Below are positions 1 to 9,744 of a stretch of 64,000 bases of DNA, in pieces (position 1 is the stretch's first letter; each line of letters starts with the position of its first letter). Both the position numbers and the translations under genes were made by a program. The DNA comes from Gammaproteobacteria bacterium (GTDB lineage: Bacteria > Pseudomonadota > Gammaproteobacteria > Eutrophobiales > Eutrophobiaceae). The stretch covers positions 928,001-992,000 of the forward strand of contig OZ244905.1 in NCBI GenBank assembly GCA_965221695.1. The letters run 5' to 3'. Below the pieces are notes generated by a model. That model saw nothing but the letters and a program-made list of their open reading frames with translations. It did not search any database and was not told the DNA's origin.

Positions 1-861
1 TCGCCACAGAATGTCGTAATCCAGTCTGTGCGCTTGTAGCAGGTTCTCAATGGCATCCTTGAGTTGATGTTCAGTCCATTCGGTGGAGAAACGCAGGTTG
101 AAACTGACCTCCACAGAGGCCGGTATCACGTTCTCAGCGCCGCTCCCGGCATGAATATTGGATATCTGGAAGCTGGTGGGGGGATAATGAGCGTTGCCCT
201 CATCCCAGATCCGCCGGCTCAACTCAACAAGCGCCGGGCTAACCAGATGCACAGGGTTTTTTGCCTGCGCGGGATATGCCGTGTGACCTTGTATGCCGGC
301 AACTGTTAGTATCCCCGATAATGAACCGCGGCGGCCGTTCTTGATTACGTCGCCTAGTTTTTCGTTGCTGCACGGCTCGCCTACCAGGCACCAGTCTATC
401 CTGATTTGTTTCTCATCCAGATATTCGACCACCTTTTTTGTGCCGTTGATTGCGATGCCTTCTTCATCGCTGGTTAACAGCAGGCTTATAGCGCCATTAA
501 AGGTTGGATTGGCTGCGGCAAAACGCTCCAACGCTGTGACCATGGCGGCAACACTGCCCTTCATATCTGCCGCGCCACGGCCGTACAGGTAGCCATTCCG
601 CTCCCGAGGCTCAAACGGCGGCGATTGCCATTCTGTCTCTGGTCCCGGCGGCACAACATCGGTATGGCCAAGGAAAGTGAAAACGGGTGAGCCGTTCCCG
701 TAAGTAGCCCATAGGTTGGCCACTTCTGCGCAAGGCAGGTGGGTAATGGTGAACCCGCGTTTTTTCAAGCGCGCGCCGATCAACTGCTGGCAACCGGCGT
801 CATCAGGTGTTACCGATGGCCTGGCTATGAGTTCCTTGGTCAATGCAAGTGTCATGGTCAT
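1..861 (-). CDS. dapE: Succinyl-diaminopimelate desuccinylase (5' part; runs off the left window edge)
   Basis: Not in the ORF track. Manual minus-strand translation from ATG 861 gives [28 protein letters not shown]...[12 protein letters not shown]...[15 protein letters not shown], the M20 DapE motifs. Confidence 0.93.
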   Translation of the reverse strand, partial: MTMTLALTKELIARPSVTPDDAGCQQLIGARLKKRGFTITHLPCAEVANLWATYGNGSPVFTFLGHTDVVPPGPETEWQSPPFEPRERNGYLYGRGAADMKGSVAAMVTALERFAAANPTFNGAISLLLTSDEEGIAINGTKKVVEYLDEKQIRIDWCLVGEPCSNEKLGDVIKNGRRGSLSGILTVAGIQGHTAYPAQAKNPVHLVSPALVELSRRIWDEGNAHYPPTSFQISNIHAGSGAENVIPASVEVSFNLRFSTEWTEHQLKDAIENLLQAHRLDYDILWR

Positions 862-875
862 GAGATTCAGATTAT

Positions 876-960
876 AGAACCTCTGATTAAATCAGAGCTT
901 ACAACGGTACAGGGATGTGCCGTCTCTGACAAGTCCTGGATGGGCTTGTTCAGCGCTTCC
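876..960 (-). mobile_element. Non-autonomous IS5-like MITE copy (internally deleted)
   Basis: Minus strand reads TTAG|GGAAGCGCTGAACAAG...CATCCAGGACTTGTCAGAG...CTCTGATTTAATCAGAGGTTCT. Sequence blocks are shared with 20292-20443, and the terminus resembles the IS5 IR GGAAGGTGCGAACAAG. Confidence 0.6.
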
Positions 961-967
961 CTAATTC

Positions 968-1444
968 TCAAAGAATGAACAAGAAATCCAGTACTCGCCA
1001 GTCGCGCGCCTCGATGAGCACATGCCAGTTGCCTTTGATTAACACAGGCAAGTCTCCGTGGTATGTTCCGTTCCCGCTGTGTTCGAGCAGCAGTTTCCTG
1101 TCATGCCCACCTCGCGTGGGGTGCAGCAGGCGCAAGGTAATTTGTTCCGGTGGCGCAAATAGCTCGTTGCCCTGCAGGATTATCCGTATTTTCCTGTCGT
1201 CTTCCGTGGTATGGATGATTGCTTTGAGGTCGTATCCTTGCGCGGCGCGGTCCCGTTCCAGGGTGCGGTTGATTTCCAGCCCCCGCTTGTAATAATCGTC
1301 CACGACCAAACCGTCGTCGGAGGAGAACGCAAGCCAGGTGGTGATGATGCCGCCGATAATGGCCAGTAACGGGAACAGCAGGAGCAGCCAGACGTAAGGT
1401 TCTCTGAACCAGCTTTGTTTGTCAGGTTGATTGGAGGAGGTCAA
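968..1444 (-). CDS. ccoH: cbb3 oxidase assembly protein CcoH/FixH
   Basis: WFREPYVWLL N-terminus, single TM helix, DGLVVDDYYKRGLEIN and HPT motifs; overlaps the ccoG stop. Confidence 0.9.
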   Translation of the reverse strand: MTSSNQPDKQSWFREPYVWLLLLFPLLAIIGGIITTWLAFSSDDGLVVDDYYKRGLEINRTLERDRAAQGYDLKAIIHTTEDDRKIRIILQGNELFAPPEQITLRLLHPTRGGHDRKLLLEHSGNGTYHGDLPVLIKGNWHVLIEARDWRVLDFLFIL

Positions 1445-2817
1445 TTTACCGGGCCTAAAAATCGGGCGGTCTCGGTGACGCTGAGCTCATCGTCTTGCGT
1501 GGTCAGGATAAACTCGATTTCATTGGAGCGCGCCGCAAGGTTAAGTTCATCCGCGCGTACCCTGACCGGCACGCTGAGCACTTCACCGCTTGCGGCCGTG
1601 ATAGGCGTCTTATCGGTATGCACGGTGATACCGCTGATCCCAGTTACGTCCAGGGAATACTGCCGGGTTCTGCTATCCATGTTCATCACCTTCAAGGTAT
1701 ACACATTTTCTATCAACCCCTCCCGGGTTTCACGGTAGAGTTGGTTGCGATCCCGGATCACGTCTAGCGCGAGTGGAGTCCTGTTTGCCAGGGTACCCAG
1801 CAATAGGGTGAGCAATACCAGCAGGATGGCGCCGTAGATCATTATCCTGGGCCGGATTACCCGGGTTTGTTTGCCTTCCAGGGCATTCGGTGTCGTGTAA
1901 CGGATAAGGCCTTTTTGATAACCCATTTTGTCCATGACATCATCACACACGTCAATGCAGGCAGAACATCCTATACATTCGTATTGCAGACCGTCGCGGA
2001 TATCTATGCCCGTGGGGCAGACCTGTACGCAAAGCGTGCAGTTGATGCAATCTCCCAAGCCCTCTTTTGCCGGGTTGACTTCGGGTCGACGCGCGCCGCG
2101 CGGCTCGCCGCGTTTTTCGTCATAGGAGATGATCAAGGTGTCGGCATCGAACATCGCGCTTTGAAAACGCGCATAGGGACACATGTATTTACAGACCTGT
2201 TCGCGCATCCAGCCGGCATTGCCGTAGGTGGCAAAACTGTAAAACAGTAACCAGAAACTCTCCCAGGGACCGAGTTGCAGCGCCAGGGTTTTTGCCGCCA
2301 GTTCGTGAGCCGGGGTGAAATAGGCGACGAAGGTAAATCCGGTCCACAGTGAAAACAGTATCCAGATCGTATGCTTGGCGCCTTTTATCCGTAGTTTCCT
2401 GAAATTCAATGGCGACTGGTCCAGCCGCATCTGCTGTATCCGGTTTCCTTCGATAGTGCGTTCAATCCATAAAAAAACTTCCGTCCATACGGTTTGGGGG
2501 CAGGCGTAGCCACACCACAAGCGTCCTGCCAGCGCGGTGAAAAAGAACAGGGACATGGCTGCGATGATCAGCAGCAAGGTCAGCATCGGAAAGTCCTGGG
2601 GCCACAGGGTAAGACCGAATATATAAAACTTGCGCGCCGGCAGGTCCAGCAGCACAGCCTGCCGGCCCGACCATTCCACCCAGGGCAGCGCGTAATACAA
2701 TCCCAACAGCCCGAGCACTGCGCCTACCCTGAGCAGCGCAAACTTGCCGTGCACTTCCCGCGGATAGACTTTCTCCCGTTTCTCGAACAGGGATAATTCT
2801 ACGGATGGGGTTGCCAT
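1441..2817 (-). CDS. ccoG: cbb3 oxidase accessory protein CcoG (4Fe-4S, cupric reductase)
   Basis: GRLWCGYACPQTVW, CKYMCPYARFQSAM, CINCTLCVQVCPTGIDIR and CIGCSACIDVC motifs. Confidence 0.97.
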   Translation of the reverse strand: MATPSVELSLFEKREKVYPREVHGKFALLRVGAVLGLLGLYYALPWVEWSGRQAVLLDLPARKFYIFGLTLWPQDFPMLTLLLIIAAMSLFFFTALAGRLWCGYACPQTVWTEVFLWIERTIEGNRIQQMRLDQSPLNFRKLRIKGAKHTIWILFSLWTGFTFVAYFTPAHELAAKTLALQLGPWESFWLLFYSFATYGNAGWMREQVCKYMCPYARFQSAMFDADTLIISYDEKRGEPRGARRPEVNPAKEGLGDCINCTLCVQVCPTGIDIRDGLQYECIGCSACIDVCDDVMDKMGYQKGLIRYTTPNALEGKQTRVIRPRIMIYGAILLVLLTLLLGTLANRTPLALDVIRDRNQLYRETREGLIENVYTLKVMNMDSRTRQYSLDVTGISGITVHTDKTPITAASGEVLSVPVRVRADELNLAARSNEIEFILTTQDDELSVTETARFLGPVN

Positions 2818-2856
2818 GAATAACGGATTGGGTTGTTACGACTACGACCGCGGGTG

Positions 2857-3123
2857 TTATTCACCCGGTGTTAAGTCACCCGAAAGAAAATAGACACACA
2901 ACAGTCCGGCGCAAGCGCATAACAGCCAGAAGAACAGAAAGCCGATACTGTAGCTCGCAATATGCCCGAGTCCCGGCGCCGCCAGGCACGCGCCGATATC
3001 GGACGGGTCCACAACGCTGAAAAGTATCCCGGTAGGGACGATCGCGAGCAGGAACGACAGCCACAGGATCGCGACAAATTGATAGGACTCGGGAATTTTT
3101 CGGCTATTGCCCGGTTTTGTCAT
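2857..3123 (-). CDS. Small two-TM membrane protein between ccoP and ccoG
   Basis: 88-aa ORF co-oriented inside the cco operon, with two hydrophobic segments (LWLSFLLA...VVDP; YSIGFLFFW). Confidence 0.75.
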   Translation of the reverse strand: MTKPGNSRKIPESYQFVAILWLSFLLAIVPTGILFSVVDPSDIGACLAAPGLGHIASYSIGFLFFWLLCACAGLLCVYFLSGDLTPGE

Positions 3124-3156
3124 CGCGCTTGGCCCGGAATTCTCAGCAGGCGGCGC

Positions 3157-4062
3157 TTAATTCTTAGACAGGCTATACACATACGCGGCCAGCAAGTGGG
3201 ACTTGGCTTCGCCCAGGAACTCCTCGTGGGGCGGCATCACATTTTCGAAGCCGGTACCGATGCCTTCGACAATGCGGTGTTTCGATGCGCCGTGCAGCCA
3301 GATATCATCCGCCAGGTTCGGCGCGCCGAAGGCCGGGTTGCCGGCGCCGGTTTCGCCATGGCAGACTGCGCAGTAGGCATCGTAAGTCGGCTTGCCCCGG
3401 GCTGCTGCTGCCGGGTCGAATAAACGGTCGCTCAGGGACAGGACGTGATGGGTTACGTCGTCTATCTCCTGATCAGTGATAATGTCCTTCCAGCCGGGCA
3501 TCAAACCACTCCTGCCGTTGAGGATGCTCGTCTTGATGGTTTCGGGGTCGCCGCCGTAAAGCCAATCGTCATCGCGCAGGTTCGGGAATCCGCGGGCGCC
3601 GCGGGCGTCGGAACCGTGGCAGGTACTGCAATAGTTGGAAAACAACCGGCGGCCAACCTCCACCGCGTCGGGGTCAGCGGCCAGGGTTTCCAGGTCTTGA
3701 TTCAGGTAGCGATTGAACAGCGGGCCGTAATTTCTTTCCGCTGCCTGAATTTCTTCCTCGTACTGACTGATTTGACTCCAGCCGAGGATGCCGCCGAACG
3801 CGCCCAGACCGGGATACAACACCAGGTAAATGATGCTGAAGACGAGCGTAATGTAAAACAGGTTCAGCCACCAGCGCGGCATGGGCTTGTTGTACTCCCG
3901 AAGGTCCTCATCCCAGATATGCCCCGTGGTCTCAGCGTCTGCGTCAGAGGTGGGTGTTTTGCCTCCCTTGAATACCGCGAACAATATGATTAGCGCGACG
4001 ATGGAACCGATGGTCGCAACAATAATGAATATGCTCCAAAAAGGACTGGTGAAATCAGCCAT
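3157..4062 (-). CDS. ccoP: cbb3-type cytochrome c oxidase subunit III
   Basis: TTGHIWDEDLREYNKPMPRWW and two CxxCH motifs (CSTCH, CAVCH). Confidence 0.97.
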   Translation of the reverse strand: MADFTSPFWSIFIIVATIGSIVALIILFAVFKGGKTPTSDADAETTGHIWDEDLREYNKPMPRWWLNLFYITLVFSIIYLVLYPGLGAFGGILGWSQISQYEEEIQAAERNYGPLFNRYLNQDLETLAADPDAVEVGRRLFSNYCSTCHGSDARGARGFPNLRDDDWLYGGDPETIKTSILNGRSGLMPGWKDIITDQEIDDVTHHVLSLSDRLFDPAAAARGKPTYDAYCAVCHGETGAGNPAFGAPNLADDIWLHGASKHRIVEGIGTGFENVMPPHEEFLGEAKSHLLAAYVYSLSKN

Positions 4063-4216
4063 GGTTCTCGTCCGGCTCTTCCTGCAATGGAATGTTTGCG
4101 GCCTCCTCGAAAGATTTTTTCCGCTTGCCGCTGAAGGCCCAGCAGACTATCCCCACGAACAGCGCGGCAATGAAAAGAGTCCACAATGTCTGGATCAATG
4201 CGATACTCATTGCCAT
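4055..4216 (-). CDS. ccoQ: cbb3-type cytochrome c oxidase subunit IV
   Basis: Not in the ORF track. 53 aa [53 protein letters not shown]; overlaps the ccoO stop and the ccoP start. Confidence 0.92.
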   Translation of the reverse strand: MAMSIALIQTLWTLFIAALFVGIVCWAFSGKRKKSFEEAANIPLQEEPDENHG

Positions 4217-4830
4217 CAGCGCCGGGTTTTTACCGCCGTTCCCAGGACCTGCAGGTAGGCGATTAACGCGTCCATTTCGGTCTTGTCGCGCAACGCATCG
4301 GGCGCATCCTCCAGTTCCTCATCCGTATAGGGCGTGCCCAATTTGCGCAGCGCCCGCATTTTTGTCCTGATGGTGGTCGGGTCTAACGGAATGTCCTCGA
4401 GCCAGGGATAACCCGGCATGATGGATTCCGGCACTACATCCCTGGGGTTGATCAAGTGTATCCGGTGCCATTCGTCATTGTAACGCCCGCCGACGCGATG
4501 CAGGTCGGGTCCGGTCCGTTTCGACCCCCACTGGAACGGGCGATCGTAAACAAATTCGCCGGCCAGGGAGTAATGACCGTAGCGTTCCGTTTCCGCGCGA
4601 AACGGGCGGATCATCTGCGAATGGCAGGTATAACAACCCTCCTTGACATAGACGTCCCGTCCGGCAAGCTGCAGCGCGGTATAGGGTTTCAGACCATCTA
4701 CCGGTTCCGTAGTGGAGTGCATGAAGAACAGCGGGACGATCTGTACCAGCCCGCCGATACTGATCACGACAATAATCAGGATGATCATGTAGCCGATATG
4801 CGTTTCTACTTTTTCGTGTGAGATTTTCAA
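4216..4830 (-). CDS. ccoO: cbb3-type cytochrome c oxidase subunit II
   Basis: [22 protein letters not shown] and [10 protein letters not shown] motifs. Confidence 0.97.
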   Translation of the reverse strand: MKISHEKVETHIGYMIILIIVVISIGGLVQIVPLFFMHSTTEPVDGLKPYTALQLAGRDVYVKEGCYTCHSQMIRPFRAETERYGHYSLAGEFVYDRPFQWGSKRTGPDLHRVGGRYNDEWHRIHLINPRDVVPESIMPGYPWLEDIPLDPTTIRTKMRALRKLGTPYTDEELEDAPDALRDKTEMDALIAYLQVLGTAVKTRR

Positions 4831-4844
4831 GCTGATACCACCTG

Positions 4845-6290
4845 TCAGGCATGCGCCGGCTGCGGGATGGGAGCCTCCACCGGTTTTGCGCCGGCAATAG
4901 TTTTCCAGATGTTGTAGGCCATGACCAGCACGCCCAGCAGGAACAGGCCGCCGCCAAGGAAACGGATCAGGTAAAACGGGTGCATGGCCTGGACTGATTC
5001 GACGAAGTTGTAAGTCAGGGTGCCGTCATCGTTGACCGCCCGCCACATCAGTCCCTGCATGATGCCCGCGACCCACATGGAGGTGATGTACAGCACGACA
5101 CCGATGGTCGAGGTCCAGAAATGCACCTCGATCAACTTGACGCTGTATATCTCCCGTCCGAAAAGACGCGGGATGAGGTAATACATCGCGCCCAGGGAGA
5201 TCATCGCCACCCAACCCAGCGCGCCTGAATGCACATGCCCGACGGTCCAGTCCGTGTAGTGGGACAGGGCATTGACCGTTTTAATGGACATCAGCGGCCC
5301 TTCAAAGGTAGCCATGCCGTAAAAGGATACGGCAATGATCAGGAACCGCAGGATCGGGTCGGTGCGTAACTTGTGCCAGGCGCCCGACAGTGTCAGCACG
5401 CCATTGATCATGCCGCCCCAGGATGGCGCAAGCAGAATTATCGACATCAGCATACCCAGGGTCTGGGTCCATTCCGGCAGCGCGGTGTAATGCAAGTGGT
5501 GCGGGCCGGCCCAGATATAGGTGAAAATAAGCGACCAGAAATGCACGATGGACAGCCGGTAGGAATACACCGGGCGGTTGGCCTGCTTGGGGATGAAGTA
5601 ATACATCATCCCGAGAAAACCGGCAGTGAGGAAAAAGCCGACCGCGTTATGGCCGTACCACCACTGCACCATTGCATCCTGTACGCCGGCATAGACCGAG
5701 TAGGACTTGGTCAGGCTGACCGGTATCGCCAGGCTGTTGAAGATGTGCAAGATGGCGATGGTAATAATAAATGACGCATAGAACCAGTTGGCAACATAGA
5801 TGTGTTTGATCCTGCGGCGTCTGAGGGTGCCGAAAAACACCAGCGCATAGGCAATCCAGACCACGGCGATCAGTATATCAATGGGCCACTCCAGTTCGGC
5901 ATATTCCTTGGAGGTGGTAATCCCCAGGGGCAGGGTAATGGCTGCCAGCACGATGACCGCCTGCCAGCCCCAGAAGGTGAACGCAGCCAGACCATCGCTG
6001 CAGAGCCTGACATGACAGGTACGCTGGACGATATAGTACGAGGTTGAAAACAGCGCGCTGCCGCCGAAAGCAAAGATGACTGCGTTGGTGTGGAGCGGGC
6101 GCAAGCGGCCGAAACTGAGCCAGGGGACATCGAAATTAAGCGCCGGCCAGACCATCTGCGCGGCAATGAGGACGCCGACCGCCATTCCGACAATGCCCCA
6201 GACGACAGTCATGATCGCAAACTGCCGCACTACCTTGTAGTTATAGGTTTCCCCTGTTGTTTGTAGATTATTTTCAACCATCTTTGTCAT
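4845..6290 (-). CDS. ccoN: cbb3-type cytochrome c oxidase subunit I
   Basis: [33 protein letters not shown] and [10 protein letters not shown] motifs. Confidence 0.98.
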   Translation of the reverse strand: MTKMVENNLQTTGETYNYKVVRQFAIMTVVWGIVGMAVGVLIAAQMVWPALNFDVPWLSFGRLRPLHTNAVIFAFGGSALFSTSYYIVQRTCHVRLCSDGLAAFTFWGWQAVIVLAAITLPLGITTSKEYAELEWPIDILIAVVWIAYALVFFGTLRRRRIKHIYVANWFYASFIITIAILHIFNSLAIPVSLTKSYSVYAGVQDAMVQWWYGHNAVGFFLTAGFLGMMYYFIPKQANRPVYSYRLSIVHFWSLIFTYIWAGPHHLHYTALPEWTQTLGMLMSIILLAPSWGGMINGVLTLSGAWHKLRTDPILRFLIIAVSFYGMATFEGPLMSIKTVNALSHYTDWTVGHVHSGALGWVAMISLGAMYYLIPRLFGREIYSVKLIEVHFWTSTIGVVLYITSMWVAGIMQGLMWRAVNDDGTLTYNFVESVQAMHPFYLIRFLGGGLFLLGVLVMAYNIWKTIAGAKPVEAPIPQPAHA

Positions 6291-6293
6291 GGC

Positions 6294-6845
6294 TCAGGCG
6301 CCGAGGTTGCTAATGATGCCCTCGTAAAGTTTTTTGTATTGGGCGTGAACCACATCGCCGAATAACGGATCCTCCACCTGGGAAATCTTATCGTCGATCA
6401 GTTGCCAATCTGAATCCTCCAAGGTAATTATGGCCTTTGGGAAAATACTTCCCTCCTCCAGGTCCACATGGTTCCGGAACAGGTCGATGTAGGTCCTGGC
6501 ATTATCGAGAATTCGGTCCAGAGGAACAATCGCGCCGTTAATTACTGCGTTAAGCGCCTCTTTCAAGGCCAGCCCTGTTTCTGCGAGCTGCTTGTGTTCC
6601 GTGGTTAACTTGCGGACATCATCCAAACAGTCCGGGTCGAGGGCGCTCAGAATATCAAAAACGAGTTCTTCATGGGGATGGTGGCAGGCATCTGGATAAC
6701 TGACCATGTAATTTAAAATGTCATACATCAGTACGAAATCAGGTTCTTCTCCCTGATTCAGTTTCTCTGCTTCCATACTCAACAGGCTCAGCAATGCCAC
6801 ATGGTTTTTGTGGTCCTGGTGGAGGATATCTATCAAAGTTGCCAT
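6294..6845 (-). CDS. Hemerythrin-like (HHE) di-iron protein
   Basis: LHQDH...HHPHEELVF...EH...HVDLEEGSIFP ligand pattern; ends 3 bp upstream of ccoN. Confidence 0.88.
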   Translation of the reverse strand: MATLIDILHQDHKNHVALLSLLSMEAEKLNQGEEPDFVLMYDILNYMVSYPDACHHPHEELVFDILSALDPDCLDDVRKLTTEHKQLAETGLALKEALNAVINGAIVPLDRILDNARTYIDLFRNHVDLEEGSIFPKAIITLEDSDWQLIDDKISQVEDPLFGDVVHAQYKKLYEGIISNLGA

Positions 6846-7057
6846 CAGTCATATTCTAGCGCATCGGCAGACATTAATCACAGCAGTACAGCAAAATAAT
6901 TACCTGACTCATTTTTCACGGTCAACCGAACCGGAGGATATCAAACACAAACAGCCTGTTGTCCGGTTATAATTACATTCATATTAATTCAAACGGCTGA
7001 AGCGAACTTTCTTTCGAGGGAGTGGTACGGTAGCGGGGAGCACAGGAGCGACCCCCA

Positions 7058-7142
7058 TACCATTCCCGTGGAAACGGGAATCCAGTGAGACAAGGAGTCG
7101 CCATGCGGGCGACACAATATTTGACTGGACTCCCGCTTTTCA
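7058..7142. repeat. dRS3/REP-like ATTCCC-N8-GGGAAT palindrome with a degenerate inverted partner
   Basis: ATTCCC GTGGAAAC GGGAAT CCAG at 7062-7085, and CTGGACTCCCGCTTTT near 7124-7140. Confidence 0.6.
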
Positions 7143-7300
7143 GCCTGCCCCCGTATGGCGTTGAGCAGTGGCGGAAGTGGTTCGGGGAAATGCCCTGGCC
7201 TGTGCGGATAGTAACGTACTATTGGGGCATACTAATCTCTCATCATGAAGGTATAGATAGTCTTGATCCTGGTAGTATGCTTAACTCTGGGGAAAAACTC

Positions 7301-9550
7301 GTGAATGCCCCCACACACTTCAGCGCGTATGATAATGAGCGGATACAGGAAAGCTTTGTGCGCAGGGTGGATGCCGTTAACAGGGAGGCGACGCTGCTGG
7401 TGGAGGGTATTACCTGCCCGTCCTGCATTCGGAAAATCGAACAGAGCCTGAGCGGCCTGCCCGGCGTTGCCGAATTCTCCATCAACTTTTCCAGCCACCA
7501 GGCTAATGTGCGCTGGGATGCGGGCCGCGTGCGCGTCAGTGAGATTCTGGACAACATAGCAGGACTGGGTTACCGGGCTTACCCCTGGGAGGGGCAGCGT
7601 GAACAGGCGCGGTTTGCCGAACAGCGGCGCGCGGGGTTGTTACGCATCGGCCTGGCAGGCGTGCTGGCGATGCAGGTCATGATGATATCCGTCGGTCTTT
7701 ATGCCGGGCAGCATCACGGCATTGGCGAAGAGTTCAGGGACTTCCTGCGCTGGGTTGCCGCGTTGTTGACGTTGCCGGTCTTGATTTACTGCGCGCGGCC
7801 GTTTTTCAGCGGCGCGTATTATGACCTGCGCCGGCTGCGGCCGGGTATGGATGTGCCGGTCTGCCTGGGTATCAGCATTGCATTTGCCGGCAGCGTATGG
7901 GCGACCTGGACGCAGTCAGAACATATTTATTTTGATTCCATCGTAATGCTGGTCTTTTTTCTCTCGCTCAGCCGTTACCTGGAATTCATGGCGCGGCACA
8001 AGGCGAACGGGCAGCTTGCGGGGTTGAAGAAAATCATACCGGCCACAGCCGTCAGGATGGTGGGTGAAGGTTCCGGCCAGGGGCGGGAAACCGTTCCCGT
8101 GGCAGACCTGCAACCCGGAGACTGCGTTGCGGTGCGCCCGGGAGAAATCATCCCGGCGGACGGCACGGTCATCCTGGGACAAACGGACGTAAATGAGGCG
8201 ATTATCACCGGCGAAAGCCTGCCGGTAAGCAAGGGACCGGGGGCGCGTCTGATTGGGGGCAGCGCCAATATCACATCACCGTTGCAGATGCGGGTCGAAC
8301 AGGCGGGAGAAGGGTCCGTGCTGAGGAACATTACCGGCATGGCAGAGCAGGCACAGGCACACAAATCACGGCTGACGGGGTTTGCCGACCGGGTCGCATC
8401 CTGGTTCATTCTCTGTGTGCTCGCGCTTGCGGCGCTGGTCGGGCTGTACTGGTGGCAGACCGACCCGGCATCGGTTCTCCCCGTTATCGTTTCGGTACTG
8501 GTCGTAACCTGCCCTTGCGCGTTGGCGCTGGCAATGCCGAGCGCAGTCACCTCTGCGTCGACAGCCCTGATGAAGCGGGGTATTGCCTGCAAGTCTTCCG
8601 ACGCGCTGGAGCAGGTGGCCGGCGCCGACGAGGTCATCTTCGATAAAACGGGCACCCTGACAACCGGTCAGATGCAACTGCGCGAGGTGACGCCTTGTTC
8701 CGCGTTGGATGCCCGGCGCTGCCTCACGATTGCCGCGGCGTTGGAGACCGATTCCGAGCACCCGCTGGGCAGGGCGCTGGTTCGTGCCGGCTGCACGGAA
8801 AATATTGCCGCGGACGGCGTAGTGAATTATCCCGGCGGTGGCATATCCGGCAGTGTGGACCAACGCAGGTATGTTATCGGTAGCCGGCGTTTTATAGAGA
8901 CGCAAACAGGCATCACAGAGTTTCCCGACACGCCGGGGCCGGCCGCGGCCACACGGGCGTTCCTCGCAGATGACAACGGGATTCTTGCAGTATTTACTTT
9001 TACCGACGAACTCCGTCCCGGCGCCACAGAGCTGGTCCGCTATGTCAAGCGCCGCGGGAAAAGGACTATTCTGCTCAGTGGCGACCAGCGCAATCCTGTC
9101 GCAGACATTGCCGCGCGCCTGGAATTTGACGAGTTTCATTTCGAATTGGAACCCGGCGACAAGCTGGAATTCATCAACCGCAGAACCCGCGACGGTCGTG
9201 CCACGGTTATGCTGGGCGATGGCATCAACGACGTGCCGGTGCTGGCGGCAGCCACGGTGGCTGTTTCCATCAATGAAGCCGCGGACCTGGCCAAGGTTCA
9301 TTCAGATATTGTCATTTTAAATGACAACATGGAAAATGCCGCGTTTATCGTACTGCTGGGGAACCGGACCATGAGGATAATCAGACAGAACATAGCATGG
9401 GCTATCGGGTATAACCTGGTGGCCTTACCCGCTGCCTGCCTGGGATACCTGGCCCCGTGGATGGCCGCCATCGGCATGTCGCTCAGCTCCCTCGTCGTGG
9501 TCTTAAATGCGTTGCGCCTGCTTGCAACGGAGCCGCCACACGCGGCGTGA
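7301..9550 (+). CDS. ccoI: P1B-type copper ATPase CcoI/FixI (start uncertain: GTG 7301 or ATG 7277; the ORF-track start at 7085 reads through a repeat)
   Basis: GITCPSC HMA domain, TGES, CPC, DKTGT, GDGIND and YN...MSLSS motifs; followed by ccoS. Confidence 0.9.
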   Translation: MNAPTHFSAYDNERIQESFVRRVDAVNREATLLVEGITCPSCIRKIEQSLSGLPGVAEFSINFSSHQANVRWDAGRVRVSEILDNIAGLGYRAYPWEGQREQARFAEQRRAGLLRIGLAGVLAMQVMMISVGLYAGQHHGIGEEFRDFLRWVAALLTLPVLIYCARPFFSGAYYDLRRLRPGMDVPVCLGISIAFAGSVWATWTQSEHIYFDSIVMLVFFLSLSRYLEFMARHKANGQLAGLKKIIPATAVRMVGEGSGQGRETVPVADLQPGDCVAVRPGEIIPADGTVILGQTDVNEAIITGESLPVSKGPGARLIGGSANITSPLQMRVEQAGEGSVLRNITGMAEQAQAHKSRLTGFADRVASWFILCVLALAALVGLYWWQTDPASVLPVIVSVLVVTCPCALALAMPSAVTSASTALMKRGIACKSSDALEQVAGADEVIFDKTGTLTTGQMQLREVTPCSALDARRCLTIAAALETDSEHPLGRALVRAGCTENIAADGVVNYPGGGISGSVDQRRYVIGSRRFIETQTGITEFPDTPGPAAATRAFLADDNGILAVFTFTDELRPGATELVRYVKRRGKRTILLSGDQRNPVADIAARLEFDEFHFELEPGDKLEFINRRTRDGRATVMLGDGINDVPVLAAATVAVSINEAADLAKVHSDIVILNDNMENAAFIVLLGNRTMRIIRQNIAWAIGYNLVALPAACLGYLAPWMAAIGMSLSSLVVVLNALRLLATEPPHAA

Positions 9551-9566
9551 TAGACGGAGCGCACCG

Positions 9567-9740
9567 GTGGAAGTCATTTATTTGCTGGTTTTCATCTCCC
9601 TGGTCCTGGTGCTGGTCATTTCCTGCGTGTTTTTCTGGGCTGTGAAAAGCGGGCAGTATGACGACCTGGAGGGGCCGCGCCACCGGATCCTGGCCGATGA
9701 TGATTCCATCCAGGACGGCAAAGAGAGCAACAACGGATAA
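9567..9740 (+). CDS. ccoS: cbb3 oxidase maturation protein CcoS
   Basis: GTG start; MEVIYLLVFISLVLV...FFWAVKSGQYDDLEGPRHRILADD. Confidence 0.92.
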   Translation: MEVIYLLVFISLVLVLVISCVFFWAVKSGQYDDLEGPRHRILADDDSIQDGKESNNG

Positions 9741-9744
9741 CAAC

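Noticed and set aside
6846-7300. FNR/Anr box for the cco operon
   Set aside because: Only half-sites are present (ATCAA at 6940-6944; TTGAT at 7263-7267); there is no TTGAT-N4-ATCAA.
7085-7300. 72-aa N-terminal extension of CcoI in the ORF track
   Set aside because: It translates through a repeat element and likely promoter and does not resemble a CcoI N-terminus.
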